The notes under the pieces were generated by a model, which saw nothing but the letters and a program-made list of their open reading frames with translations, had not been told where the DNA came from and did no database searches. The position numbers and the translations under genes were made by a program. A stretch of 20,939 nucleotides of DNA from Verrucomicrobiota bacterium. GTDB lineage: Bacteria; Verrucomicrobiota; Verrucomicrobiia; Opitutales; Opitutaceae. Shown here in pieces: positions 1 to 9,900 of the stretch (within the stretch, counting starts at the first letter, position 1; every line of letters starts with the position of its first letter). Location: positions 11,062 through 32,000 of the forward strand of contig JACRQG010000024.1 of the NCBI GenBank assembly GCA_016222805.1, read 5' to 3'.

Positions 1-121
1 GCGGCGAGAAGGCTCGGATGCGGAGGACGTTTGCAGAGGCGGCAGTTGGCGTTTGATTTGGCCCCATGATCTTCCAGACACTGAGATCTTGTGCCGCCGG
101 ATCCCCGCCGGCGTCCTGTCC

Positions 122-1078
122 ATGACGGAACTCCTCATCATCAAACCCTCGTCGCTTGGCGACATCGTGCACGGCCTGCAGGTCGCGACCTCGCTCAAGG
201 CGCAGGTCGAGAAGCTGCGGATTTCGTGGGTGGTGCGGGAGATCTTCGCCCCCATCGTGAGGGCGTGCGAGGCGGTGGATGAAGTGTTCGTGTTCGAGCG
301 CGCGGGAGGGGCCAAGGGCTTCATCCGGTTGACCAAGGAGCTGCGGCGGAAACACTACGACTTTGTCTTCGACATGCAGGGCCTGCTGCGCACCGGCCTG
401 TTGACCTCGCGGGTGCTGGCGGACCGCAAAATTGGGCGAACGGACGCCCGAGAATGGTCGGGGATGTTTTACCAGGAGAAGGTGCCGTTGCCGAAGGATG
501 GCCGCCGCAGCCACGCGCTGGAGATCCTGCTGCAGTTCTGCCCGGTGCTGGGCGCCAAGGCCGAGCTGCGCGGAACCCTGAAATTCCGCGAGGTGGAGGG
601 CCTCAACCTGCGGTTTGCCGATGCCCGCGGCGGCGGCCGGCCGATCGTGATGTTTGTCGACAGTCGGCGCGCGGAGAAATGCTGGAACGGCTTCAAGCAG
701 CTGACCGAGCTCATCCTGCGCGAGGACAAGAACCGCAAGGTGGTGTGGGCGGGCAGCAGTTACGTCCATGATCGCGGGGCGTATCCGCCGGCCCAGTTCT
801 TCAACGTCACCGGCAACACCAGCCTCGTTTCGCTGCCGGCGCTGGTGCGGCGCGCGGACTGGGTGATCGCCAATGACAGCGGACCGATGCACCTCGCCGC
901 GGCGATGGGAGTGCGGGTGATGGGCATTTTCGGCCCCACCGATCCCCGTCTCTTCGGCCCGTATCCCCTCAACGCCCCCAGCAACGTCGTGGTGCAGGCC
1001 CCCGTGGGCGACCTGAAGCTCCTTTCGGCCAAGGAAGTCTACTCGCGATTTCAGCGCGCCCGCGCGCGGTTCCGCTGA
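122..1078 (+). CDS. Glycosyltransferase family 9 (LPS heptosyltransferase-like)
   Basis: The track ORF is 53..1078 and starts at TTG. I trim it to the ATG at 122 because GT9 enzymes start directly with the first beta-strand plus the SxxGD motif (here MTELLIIKPSSLGDIVH). The C-terminal half carries the GT9 sugar-nucleotide region (VIANDSGPMHLAAAMG ... GPTDP). Acceptor specificity cannot be assigned from sequence. Confidence 0.8.
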   Translation: MTELLIIKPSSLGDIVHGLQVATSLKAQVEKLRISWVVREIFAPIVRACEAVDEVFVFERAGGAKGFIRLTKELRRKHYDFVFDMQGLLRTGLLTSRVLADRKIGRTDAREWSGMFYQEKVPLPKDGRRSHALEILLQFCPVLGAKAELRGTLKFREVEGLNLRFADARGGGRPIVMFVDSRRAEKCWNGFKQLTELILREDKNRKVVWAGSSYVHDRGAYPPAQFFNVTGNTSLVSLPALVRRADWVIANDSGPMHLAAAMGVRVMGIFGPTDPRLFGPYPLNAPSNVVVQAPVGDLKLLSAKEVYSRFQRARARFR

Positions 1079-1114
1079 GGCCGACCCGCGACGGACCGCC
1101 TCCCCCTTTCTCCC

Positions 1115-2386
1115 ATGCTCGATCCGAAACTCATCCGCGAAACGCCCGAACTTGTCCGGGCGGCCATTGCGAAAAAGCACCTCGATGTCGACCTCGACGC
1201 CGTCCTGGCGATCGATGCCGCCTGGCGGACCCAGTTGCAGGAAGTGGAATCCCTGCGGGCGGCGCAGAAGGCCGCCAACACGGCGATGGCCGCGCTGCCC
1301 AAGGGCACCCCGGAGTTCCTGGCCAAGGTGACGGAGATGAAGGCGGCGTCGGCGCAGATCAAGGAGCGGGAAGGGCAGCTCAAGGAGACGGAGGAGAAGT
1401 TCCGCCAGGCGATGTTGTCGCTGCCCAACCTGCCGCACGCCAGCGTGCCGGAAGGACGCAACGCCGAGCAAAACGTGGTCTTCTCGACGCACGGAGACAC
1501 GGCCGCGGTTTCGGCGCACGCCATTTCCCACTGGGAGATTCCCGGGTTTGACCGCCTCTTCGATTTCGCGCGCGGCGCCAAGGTGACGGGCGCGGGCTTT
1601 CCGTTCTATGTCGGGGACGGGGCGCGGCTCGTGCGCTCGCTCCTGCACTTCTTCCTCGAGGAGGACGCCAAGGCGGGGTACGTCGAGGTCAACCCGCCGA
1701 TTCTGGTGAACGCCGCGAGCGCAACGGCGACGGGGCAACTGCCGGACAAGGAGGGGCAGATGTACGAGACCACGCCGGACCGGCTGTTTGCCGTGCCGAC
1801 GGCGGAAGTGCCGCTGACAAGCTTCTTCCGGGATGAGATCCTCGAAGAGTCAGCCCTGCCGATCTACCGGTGCGCGTACACGCCCTGTTTCCGCCGCGAA
1901 GCCGGCAGCTACGGCAAGGACGTGCGGGGCCTGAACCGCCTGCACCAGTTCGACAAGGTCGAGCTGCTCAAATGGGTCCATCCTTCGACCAGCTACGAGG
2001 AGCTGGACAAGCTGCGCGACGATGCCGAGCGACTGCTGCGCAAGCTCGAGCTACCCTACCGGGTGCTGCTGATGTGCGGTGGCGACCTCGGCTTCACCCA
2101 GGCGAAGAAGTATGACCTCGAGGTTTGGTCGGGCGGCCAGAAGCGCTGGCTCGAGGTGTCGAGCTGTTCGAACTTCGAGGCGTTCCAGGCGCGGCGGGCC
2201 CAGATCCGATACCGGTCCAAGGAGACCGGCAAGCCGGAGCTCGTCCACACGCTCAACGGCTCGGGCCTCGCGGTGCCGCGCGTGCTGGCGGCATTGCTGG
2301 AAAACAACCTCCAGGCCGACGGCCGGGTGAAGATTCCGGCCGCGCTGGTACCCTATTTTGGCAAGGAGTACCTCAGCTTTAGTTGA
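1115..2386 (+). CDS. serS: Seryl-tRNA synthetase
   Basis: 423 aa. It has the N-terminal coiled-coil arm, class II aaRS motif 2 (FRREAGSYGKDVRGLNRLHQFDKVE) and motif 3 (GSGLAVPRVLAALLENN). Confidence 0.97.
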   Translation: MLDPKLIRETPELVRAAIAKKHLDVDLDAVLAIDAAWRTQLQEVESLRAAQKAANTAMAALPKGTPEFLAKVTEMKAASAQIKEREGQLKETEEKFRQAMLSLPNLPHASVPEGRNAEQNVVFSTHGDTAAVSAHAISHWEIPGFDRLFDFARGAKVTGAGFPFYVGDGARLVRSLLHFFLEEDAKAGYVEVNPPILVNAASATATGQLPDKEGQMYETTPDRLFAVPTAEVPLTSFFRDEILEESALPIYRCAYTPCFRREAGSYGKDVRGLNRLHQFDKVELLKWVHPSTSYEELDKLRDDAERLLRKLELPYRVLLMCGGDLGFTQAKKYDLEVWSGGQKRWLEVSSCSNFEAFQARRAQIRYRSKETGKPELVHTLNGSGLAVPRVLAALLENNLQADGRVKIPAALVPYFGKEYLSFS

Positions 2387-3395
2387 GTCGGCCCAAAGGC
2401 TGACGGAGTTGATTCCCCGCTCGCGCCTGGACCCGGCGGTTCTCGCGTGGGGCGAACGCGCCTCACGCCGCAGCCGGTGGGGCGTGGGATTCTCCGGCGG
2501 CCCCGACTCGCTCGCATTGCTCCTGCTGGTTTGGAGCCACTGGCCTGCGCGCCGGAAGCAGATCGTCGCGCTCCATTTCGACCACCGCTTGCGCGGGGTG
2601 GAATCGTGGGCGGACGCGCGGTTTTGTCGGCGCGTGTGCCGGACGCTTGGAGTACCCTTCGTCGCGGCCTCCTGGGCCCAGGGGCGGCCCGGGGCGAGCG
2701 AGGCCGAGGCGCGGGCGGCGCGGCATGCCTTCTTTGCGCGCCACAGCCGGATCATGTGGCTCGGGCACCAGCAGGATGACATCGCGGAGACGCTGCTGAT
2801 GCGCCTGGCGCGAGGGAGCGGGACGGCGGGTCTGGCGGCGCCGCGCCCGGTGCAACTGCTCGGCACTCGTCGGGTGAACCTGCGGCCGCTGCTGGGCCTG
2901 AAGAAAGCGGAACTGGTGCGGGCGTTGCGGGAGGCAGGGGTGGAATGGCGGGAGGACTCGAGCAATGCCGGACCCGCCTACTTGCGCAACCGGATGCGCC
3001 ATCAGGTTGTCGCGAGGTGGGTAAAGGCTGCCGAGCGGGACGCCGTGGCCGGTGCTGCCCGGTCCAGGGAACTGCTGGAAGAGGATGATGCCGCCCTGGA
3101 AGCATGGGTGCGGGAGTTGGACCCCCTTGACCGTGCAGGTTGCCTAGTGCGAAGGCGCCTCGCCGGGCGGCCGATGGCGCTTTGGCGGAGGGCGTTGCAT
3201 CTCTGGCTGATGCGCAACCTGCCGGAAGCGGACCTCTCCCGTCAGGCGTTTGACGCCTTGTTGCGGGGAGTTGTCGCCGGGGGGCGCCTCCGCCAGAGCG
3301 TGGGAACAAGCCACTTTGCAGAGTGCCGCGGGGACTTGCTGATGCTGGTTTCCCGGGCGGCGAAGCCGGCCAGAATTCGCCGGTCCGCCAATTGA
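2358..3395 (+). CDS. tilS: tRNA(Ile)-lysidine synthase, short form
   Basis: PP-loop SGGxDS motif (GFSGGPDSLALLLL) followed by HFDHRLRG. It sits directly upstream of ftsH, which is the widely conserved tilS-ftsH neighbourhood. The start is uncertain: the TTG at 2358 overlaps serS by 29 nt, and an in-frame TTG at 2409 is an alternative. Confidence 0.85.
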   Translation: MARSTSALVESAQRLTELIPRSRLDPAVLAWGERASRRSRWGVGFSGGPDSLALLLLVWSHWPARRKQIVALHFDHRLRGVESWADARFCRRVCRTLGVPFVAASWAQGRPGASEAEARAARHAFFARHSRIMWLGHQQDDIAETLLMRLARGSGTAGLAAPRPVQLLGTRRVNLRPLLGLKKAELVRALREAGVEWREDSSNAGPAYLRNRMRHQVVARWVKAAERDAVAGAARSRELLEEDDAALEAWVRELDPLDRAGCLVRRRLAGRPMALWRRALHLWLMRNLPEADLSRQAFDALLRGVVAGGRLRQSVGTSHFAECRGDLLMLVSRAAKPARIRRSAN

Positions 3396-3441
3396 CTTCT
3401 CCTTCCGGAACCTCCACCGTTCGCAATAAGTCCCACCCGAG

Positions 3442-5451
3442 ATGTCCGATCCTGAATCCAAGAAGTCCCGCCGTGCCTTGAAGAACCTGCCGCCGGACCG
3501 TTTTCAACCGAAGATGCTGTTTTTCTGGCTGGCGCTGGTGGCGGCCGTGCTGGCGCTTCTGTGGTTCCCGAATCAAACCGCCAGCAATCCGGAGGTTCTG
3601 ACAATTCAGGACGTGGTGGAGCGCGCGGAGGCCGGGAACGTCAACCGGGAGCCCGGCAAGGCGGCGGTGATCCGCTCGGATCCGAGCGGAGGGCGGGATT
3701 GGATGATCATTGTGGGCCAGAGCCGGCGCGACGCCAACAGCCCCTACCGGGATTTCCGGGCGGCGGGCCGGGTGACGGAGACGACGCACGAGCGCCTGAG
3801 CAAGACCAAGGTCTTTGCCGAGCAGCCGACACAGACGCTGCTCACCTCCATCGCGGCGCAGGTGATTCCGTTCGTGATCATCATCGGCCTGCTGTATTTC
3901 CTGTTTGTCCGGCAGCTCCGGCAGGCGGGACGCGGGGCGCTCAGCTTTGGCAAGAGCCGCGCGAAGCTGCTCACCCGGGACCGCGACAAGATCACGTTCG
4001 CCGACGTGGCGGGATGCGACGAAGCGAAGGAAGAGGTCTCCGAGGTGGTCGAGTTTCTGCGCGACCCGAAGAAATTCACGAAGATGGGCGGACGGATTCC
4101 GAAGGGAATCCTGATGGTGGGCCCCCCGGGAACCGGCAAGACCCTCCTGGCAAAGGCCGTGGCGGGCGAGGCGGACGTGCCGTTCTTCAGCATCTCCGGT
4201 TCGGATTTCGTGGAGATGTTCGTCGGCGTCGGCGCGAGCCGCGTGCGCGACATGTTCGAACAGGGCCGGAAGAGCGCCCCCTGCCTCATCTTCATCGACG
4301 AAATCGATGCCGGGGGGCGGCAACGCGGCGCGGGTCTCGGGGGCGGCAACGACGAGCGGGAACAGACGCTCAACTCGCTGCTCGTCGAGATGGACGGCTT
4401 TGACACCACGGAAGGCGTCATCATCATCGCGGCCACGAACCGGCCGGACGTGCTCGACAGCGCGCTGCTGCGACCGGGCCGCTTTGACCGGCAGATTTAC
4501 GTCGACCTGCCTGACCTGGTGGGCCGGGAGCAGATTCTCCGGGTCCATGCCAAGAAGGTGAGCCTGGCGGAGAACGTCGACCTGCAGGTGATCGCGCGCG
4601 GCACGCCGGGGCTGTCCGGTGCGGAGCTCGCCAACCTCCTGAACGAGGCGGCGCTGCTCGCCGCGCGCCGGGGCAAGAAGAAGGTCGAGATGATCGACGT
4701 CGACGATGCCCGGGAAAAGGTCCAATTCGGGCGCGAACGCCGCCGGCTGATGGACGACGAGGAGAAGAAGCTGACGGCCTACCACGAGGCCGGCCATGCC
4801 TTGGTGCAGGCGGTGCTGGATGACGGCCACATGCCCGTGCACAAAGTCACCATCATTCCGCGAGGGCGCAGCCTGGGGAGCACGATGTTCATTCCCAAGA
4901 AGGACATCCTCACCCATGCGAAGAAGCGGATGCTCAGCCAGATTGCGATGGGCCTCGGAGGCCGGATTGCGGAGGAACTCGTCCTGGGCGACGTCTCGAG
5001 CGGCGCGGCCGGCGACATCAAGCAAATCACCAAGATTGCGCGCCACATGGTCTGCGACTGGGGCATGAGCCCCCTCGGGCCGGTGGCCTTTGGCGATTCC
5101 CATGACACCGTTTTTCTCGGCCGGGAGATTACCCGCAACGAGAACGTCTCCGAGGAGACCGCGCGCAAAATCGACGAGGAGATTCACCGCATCATCGACG
5201 AGCAGTACCAGCGGGCCACCCAGATCATCTCCGAGCATCGCCCGGCGCCCGACAAGATTGCCGAAGCACTGCTCGAGCACGAGACGATCGACGGCAAGCA
5301 CGTGCTGGAAATCCTCCAGCACGGGGAAATCCGCTCCCCCATCGTGGTCAGTCCCGTGACCAAGACGGACGGACAGCCGCCGAAGAAACTCCCCGAGAAG
5401 ACTCCTGCCGCCGAGCCGATGGGCCCGGCTCCCGCCCCGAACCCGGCCTGA
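3442..5451 (+). CDS. ftsH: ATP-dependent zinc metalloprotease FtsH
   Basis: 669 aa with two N-terminal TM segments. It has Walker A (GPPGTGKT), Walker B (LIFIDEIDA), the second region of homology ([19 protein letters not shown]) and the zinc site HEAGHA. The C-terminal tail is Pro-rich. Confidence 0.97.
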   Translation: MSDPESKKSRRALKNLPPDRFQPKMLFFWLALVAAVLALLWFPNQTASNPEVLTIQDVVERAEAGNVNREPGKAAVIRSDPSGGRDWMIIVGQSRRDANSPYRDFRAAGRVTETTHERLSKTKVFAEQPTQTLLTSIAAQVIPFVIIIGLLYFLFVRQLRQAGRGALSFGKSRAKLLTRDRDKITFADVAGCDEAKEEVSEVVEFLRDPKKFTKMGGRIPKGILMVGPPGTGKTLLAKAVAGEADVPFFSISGSDFVEMFVGVGASRVRDMFEQGRKSAPCLIFIDEIDAGGRQRGAGLGGGNDEREQTLNSLLVEMDGFDTTEGVIIIAATNRPDVLDSALLRPGRFDRQIYVDLPDLVGREQILRVHAKKVSLAENVDLQVIARGTPGLSGAELANLLNEAALLAARRGKKKVEMIDVDDAREKVQFGRERRRLMDDEEKKLTAYHEAGHALVQAVLDDGHMPVHKVTIIPRGRSLGSTMFIPKKDILTHAKKRMLSQIAMGLGGRIAEELVLGDVSSGAAGDIKQITKIARHMVCDWGMSPLGPVAFGDSHDTVFLGREITRNENVSEETARKIDEEIHRIIDEQYQRATQIISEHRPAPDKIAEALLEHETIDGKHVLEILQHGEIRSPIVVSPVTKTDGQPPKKLPEKTPAAEPMGPAPAPNPA

Positions 5452-5477
5452 GACTCAACCCGGCGGATGCCTCGCGC

Positions 5478-5519
5478 GGCCGGTTCGCTCCGGGAGAGCG
5501 GGCTGGCCGTTTTGCTTTT
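5478..5519 (+). terminator. Candidate intrinsic terminator after ftsH
   Basis: A 13-bp stem (ggccggttcgctc / gagcgggctggcc, including 3 G-U pairs) with loop cggga, followed by gttttgctttt. Confidence 0.5.
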
Positions 5520-5545
5520 CCGGCTCCGCCTCCTTTCCCACTGAC

Positions 5546-6904
5546 ATGAAAATCTGCTGCATTGGCGCCGGCTACGTCGGCGGTCCGACGATGGCGATGA
5601 TCGCCCGGAAGGCCCCCGACATCGAAGTCGAGGTGGTCGACATGAACGCGACGCGCATCGCGGCCTGGAACTCCGGGACGCTGCCCATCTACGAGCCCGG
5701 ACTGGAGGCGGTCGTCAACGAGGCCCGCGGGCGCAACCTGCGCTTTTCCACCGATGTCGCCGGGGGGATTCGTTCCGCCGACATCATCTTCGTGGCCGTG
5801 AACACCCCGACCAAGACCTACGGCCTCGGGGCGGGCCGGGCGGCGGACCTGCGGTTCATTGAATCGGTTGCGCGTACCATCGCGGAGCATGCCACGTCGC
5901 CCAAGATCATCGTGGAGAAGTCGACCATCCCGGTGAAGACCGCGGAGACCATCAAGGATATCCTCTCTGCGAATACCAGGGGCGTGAAGTTCGAGGTGTT
6001 GTCCAATCCCGAGTTCCTGGCGGAAGGCACGGCGGTGGCGGATCTGGAGGCTCCGGACCGGGTCCTGATTGGCGGGGAACGCACCCCGGGCGGGGAGGCG
6101 GCCTTGCGTACCCTGGTGGAAGTTTACGCCCGCTGGGTGCCGCGAGAGCGCATCCTCACGACGAATCTCTGGTCGTCGGAGCTCTCCAAGCTGGTCGCGA
6201 ACGCCTTCCTGGCGCAGCGCATCTCCTCCATCAACTCCATCTCGGCGCTTTGCGAGGCAACCGGGGCGGATGTGGACGAGGTGGCCAATGCCATTGGCCG
6301 GGATTCGCGCATCGGGCCGAAGTTCCTCAAGGCGTCCGTCGGGTTCGGCGGATCCTGCTTTCAGAAGGACATCCTGAACCTCGTTTACCTTTGCGAGCAC
6401 TTCGGTCTGCCCGAGGTGGCGGCGTACTGGGATGGGGTGGTGAAGATGAACGACTGGCAGAAGCGCCGGTTTGCCGCCCGCATCGTGCGTAGCCTCTTCA
6501 ATACGGTGGCGGACAAGCGCATCGCGGTGTTTGGCTTTGCGTTCAAGAAAGACACCAATGACACCCGCGAGTCCGCTGCCATCGCCGTCTGCCGCGAGCT
6601 CCTCGCCGAACAGGCGCGCGTCGTCGTGTACGACCCCAAGGTGCCGGCGGCCGAGATCGTGCAGGAGATCGTCGGCCGGGATCGGACGGAACCGCGCCTG
6701 ACCGTCGCGAACAGCGCCTATGAGGCGGCCGCGGGGGCGCATGCGGTGGCGATCGTGACGGAGTGGGATGAGTTTCGCGCGCTGGACTACACCCGGATTC
6801 ACGCCGGGATGCAGCAACCCGCCTTTCTCTTCGACGGTCGCAACATCCTCGACCTGGCGAAGCTTCGTGCCATCGGGTTTCGCGCGGTTGGCGTCGGCAA
6901 GTGA
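5546..6904 (+). CDS. ugd: UDP-glucose 6-dehydrogenase, long (eukaryote-like) class
   Basis: 452 aa with the N-terminal Rossmann motif [14 protein letters not shown] and the catalytic-Cys motif [10 protein letters not shown]. It also has [12 protein letters not shown] and [14 protein letters not shown]. Confidence 0.95.
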   Translation: MKICCIGAGYVGGPTMAMIARKAPDIEVEVVDMNATRIAAWNSGTLPIYEPGLEAVVNEARGRNLRFSTDVAGGIRSADIIFVAVNTPTKTYGLGAGRAADLRFIESVARTIAEHATSPKIIVEKSTIPVKTAETIKDILSANTRGVKFEVLSNPEFLAEGTAVADLEAPDRVLIGGERTPGGEAALRTLVEVYARWVPRERILTTNLWSSELSKLVANAFLAQRISSINSISALCEATGADVDEVANAIGRDSRIGPKFLKASVGFGGSCFQKDILNLVYLCEHFGLPEVAAYWDGVVKMNDWQKRRFAARIVRSLFNTVADKRIAVFGFAFKKDTNDTRESAAIAVCRELLAEQARVVVYDPKVPAAEIVQEIVGRDRTEPRLTVANSAYEAAAGAHAVAIVTEWDEFRALDYTRIHAGMQQPAFLFDGRNILDLAKLRAIGFRAVGVGK

Positions 6905-6910
6905 CACGAA

Positions 6911-6938
6911 GGGCCGCCCGGGCAATCCCAGGCGGCCC
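6911..6938. terminator. Hairpin between the convergent ugd and giant gene (possible bidirectional terminator)
   Basis: gggccgcc-N12-ggcggccc. It is followed by tgtctgtgtt on the + strand and by ttcgtgt on the - strand. A second 7-bp hairpin lies at about 6959-6977. The U-tracts are weak. Confidence 0.35.
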
Positions 6939-6983
6939 TGTCTGTGTTGGCGTAATGTCCCCCCGGGCTGCCGGGGGAGAGTG

Positions 6984-9900
6984 TCAGGTTGATCGACGGG
7001 CGGTGCGCCGCCGCCAGCGTTGCAGGCCGAAGAGTCCGAGGGCGCCGCCCATCAGGAGCGCGCCGTAGGTGGCGGGTTCCGGGGCGGGAGTGATCTGGCG
7101 ATCCCAAGACTGCCACACGGTCGCACTGTTGTTGAACCCTCCGAAGGTGACCTGGTTCTGCGGCGCGGTCCCGCGGACATCAAAGGCCGCGGAGGGACCG
7201 CCGAACTGCTGGAAGCTGCCGTTGGCGTAGAAGTAGTCCTGCAGGTGCACCCAGTTGGTGATCGAGACCTTCACTCCGGGATCGATGATGAAGTTCGTGG
7301 TATTGAGCACCGAGGCCGTGCTGTTGCCGAAGTCGAGGATCGTGTCGCCGGTGATCCGCAGCGTGCCGACCGTGGCGGTGGCCGGCAGGAAGATCGTCGA
7401 CGTCGGAGTGCCCCCGATCGTCGTGCCACCAAACGCCAGCGTTCCGCCCGAGAGGTTGAAGTTGTTCGGGAGCGTGAGATTGCCGCCACCGGTGAAGGCC
7501 AGGGTACCGGTGCCGCTCACGCTGCCGAGCAGGGTTGTGGCGGTGGCCCGGTCGACGGTGAGAACGGAGTTGGCTCCGAGGCTGATGCTCGACGTCGCCG
7601 TGGTGGTGAGGCCCGCGATCGTGTCGGTCACGCCGGTCCCCAGGGTGAGGTTGGCGCCGCTGCTGATGGTCAGGCTGCTGGAATTGCTGAGGGCGTTGCT
7701 GGCGCCCAGGACCAGCGAGCCCCCGGCGATGGTGGTCGTCCCGGTGTAGGTGTTGACGCCGGTGAGGGTCAGGGTTCCCGCGCCGTCCTTGGTGAAGGTG
7801 CCGCCGACGCCGGTCATGGCGCCGCTGAACGTGGTGGAACTCCCGTTGGCGCCCGCGACAAACTGACCACTGCCGATGTTCACCGTGCCGGCGCCGGCGA
7901 TCGAGCCGACGGCCTGGGTGGTGTTGTTCAAGGTGAAGGCCGCGCCGTTGGCGACCGTGACCGCGGATTGGTTGGAAATGACAGTGCTTGCGCCCGCGGA
8001 AAGGACGCCGGCGTTGATGTTGGTGGCGCCGGTGTAGGAGTTGGCGCCGGAAAGGGTCAGGGTGCCGCTGCCGAGCTTCGTAAAGCTGCCTCCGGCTCCG
8101 GAGATCACACCGGAGAAACTGGTGCTGGCGTTGTTGGCCCCCGCACTCAACGCCCCGGTTCCGAGAATGACGCTGGAGCCGGCGCTGCCGGCCAGGGACC
8201 CGATGCTCGCGGTCTTGCTGTTGACATCGAGCGTGGTGCCGGAGGCGAGCGTGACCGCCGAATTCGACGGACCGGCGCCGTTGACTCCGATCTGGATGGT
8301 GCCGCCCGTGACGTTCGTGGCGCCGCTGTAGGTGTTGCCGGCGTTGTTCAGGACCAACGCACCGACGCCGGCCTTGGTGAGACCGCCGGTGCCGGTGATG
8401 GCGCCCCCGGTCACGGTGTTGCCGGTGCCGTCAACGGTGAGGGTGTTGCCGGCATTGGAGATCGCGCCGTTGAGGGTGAGGGTGCCGGAGTTGACCAGGA
8501 CCTTGGCGGCCGTCGCGAGCGAAACGGGGCCGCCGAGGGTGTTGCTCCCGCTGACGTTCTGGAGCGCGCCGTTGCCTCCGGAACCGGTGCCACTGAGGCT
8601 GAGCGCCTCGTTGAGCACGTTGACCGAGCCCGAGACCTGGAGGGTGGCGCCGCTGGCGACCGTGGTGCCCGTGCCCGCGGTGCCATCGCCGGAGCCGAGG
8701 CCGCTGCTGGAGGTGATGGCCAGGGTTCCGGCCGAAACCGTGGTGGTGCCCGTGTAGGTGTTGGCACCGCTGAGCGTCATCGTGCCGGTACCCTGCTTGA
8801 CCAGGCTGCCGCCGGACCCGGAAACCACGCCGGAGACGAGCGTCGAGCTGTTGTTGGCACCGGTGCTGAGCGTACCTGATCCGAGTTGGATGGCGCCCGC
8901 GCCCGCCAGGGAGCCGATAGTGTCGCTGTTACCGGCGAGGTTGAGCACGGCGGGGGCCGCCACGGTCACGGCGGTGGTGTCGGAAAGGACGTTGGAAGCA
9001 CCAAAGGTCACGGTTCCCTGGTTGACGTTGGTGGCGCCGGAATACGTGTTGGCGCCTGCCAGCGTGAGCGTGCCGGTGCCGGTCTTGGTCAGTCCGCCCG
9101 TGCCGCTGATGGCGCCGGAGTACGACGTGGAGGCGCCGTTGGACCCGACCGTGAGAGTGCCGCTGCCGAGCGTGACGTTGCCGGCGCCGGCCAGGGAAGC
9201 CACGGCCTGGGTCTGGCTGTTGGCATCAAATGTCGCGCCTCCGCTGATCGTCAGGGCGGTGTTTGCGGGCAGGATCGCGGTGGCGGAAAGCGTGCGCAGG
9301 ATCCCGGCGTTCACGGTGGTGGCGCCGGCGTAGCTGTTGGCCGCCGAGAGGATGACGGTGCCGGTGCCGTCCTTGGTGAGCGAACCTGCGCCGGACGTGG
9401 CGCCCAGCGTGACATCGGTGTTGGTGGTCAGCGTGGCTGCGCCGGTGAGGCTGGTGGCGCCGAAGGCCAGGTCGAAGCCGTTGTTGCCGGTGACCGTCAG
9501 GGTCTGCGAGCCGATGCTCAGCGTGCCCAGGGTGTGCGTGAGGTTCGTGCCACTGCTCACCCGGTCGACCGTGATGGTGGAGTTGGCCGAGACCGTGACG
9601 TTGTTGCTGAAGGACGTGGCGGCGTTGTTGGCCAGGGCGAGCGTGCCGCCGTTGAGCGTGACGCGGCCGCGATTGGTGGCGTCGCCGAGGGAGGTGGCCT
9701 GGCGGAGTTCCACGGTGCCGGCATCGATCCGGACCGTGCCATCAAACCCGGCGTTGGCGTCCTGGATGAGCAAGCTGCCGGTGCCGGCCTTTACCAGGGT
9801 ACCGAGCGTATCGGAGGTGATGAGACGGTTGGTGCTTCCGGCGGCGGTGGCGAGGGTCTGGCCGGCGTTGACGTCAATCGTGCCGGTCTGCCCGGCCGTG

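Noticed and set aside
1-121. A possible 3' end of an upstream gene at the window start. Frames 1 and 3 are open from nt 1 to stops at 67-69 and 54-56.
   Set aside because: There is too little sequence (under 25 codons) to tell coding from non-coding, so it is not reported as a feature.
1079-1114. A T-box leader or other riboswitch upstream of serS.
   Set aside because: The intergenic region is only 36 nt, which is too short for any T-box or riboswitch.
2752-5322. An 856-aa - strand ORF covering the end of tilS and most of ftsH.
   Set aside because: It has the same phase-locked antisense geometry relative to ftsH (3442-2752 = 690, a multiple of 3). ftsH is unambiguous from its Walker A/B, SRH and HEAGH motifs. 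The antisense product is Arg/Pro/Ala-rich with no motifs.
5348-6925. A 525-aa - strand ORF opposite ugd.
   Set aside because: It is phase-locked antisense to ugd (5546-5348 = 198). ugd carries its complete diagnostic motifs. The shadow ORF has no motif and an R/G/P/D-rich composition.
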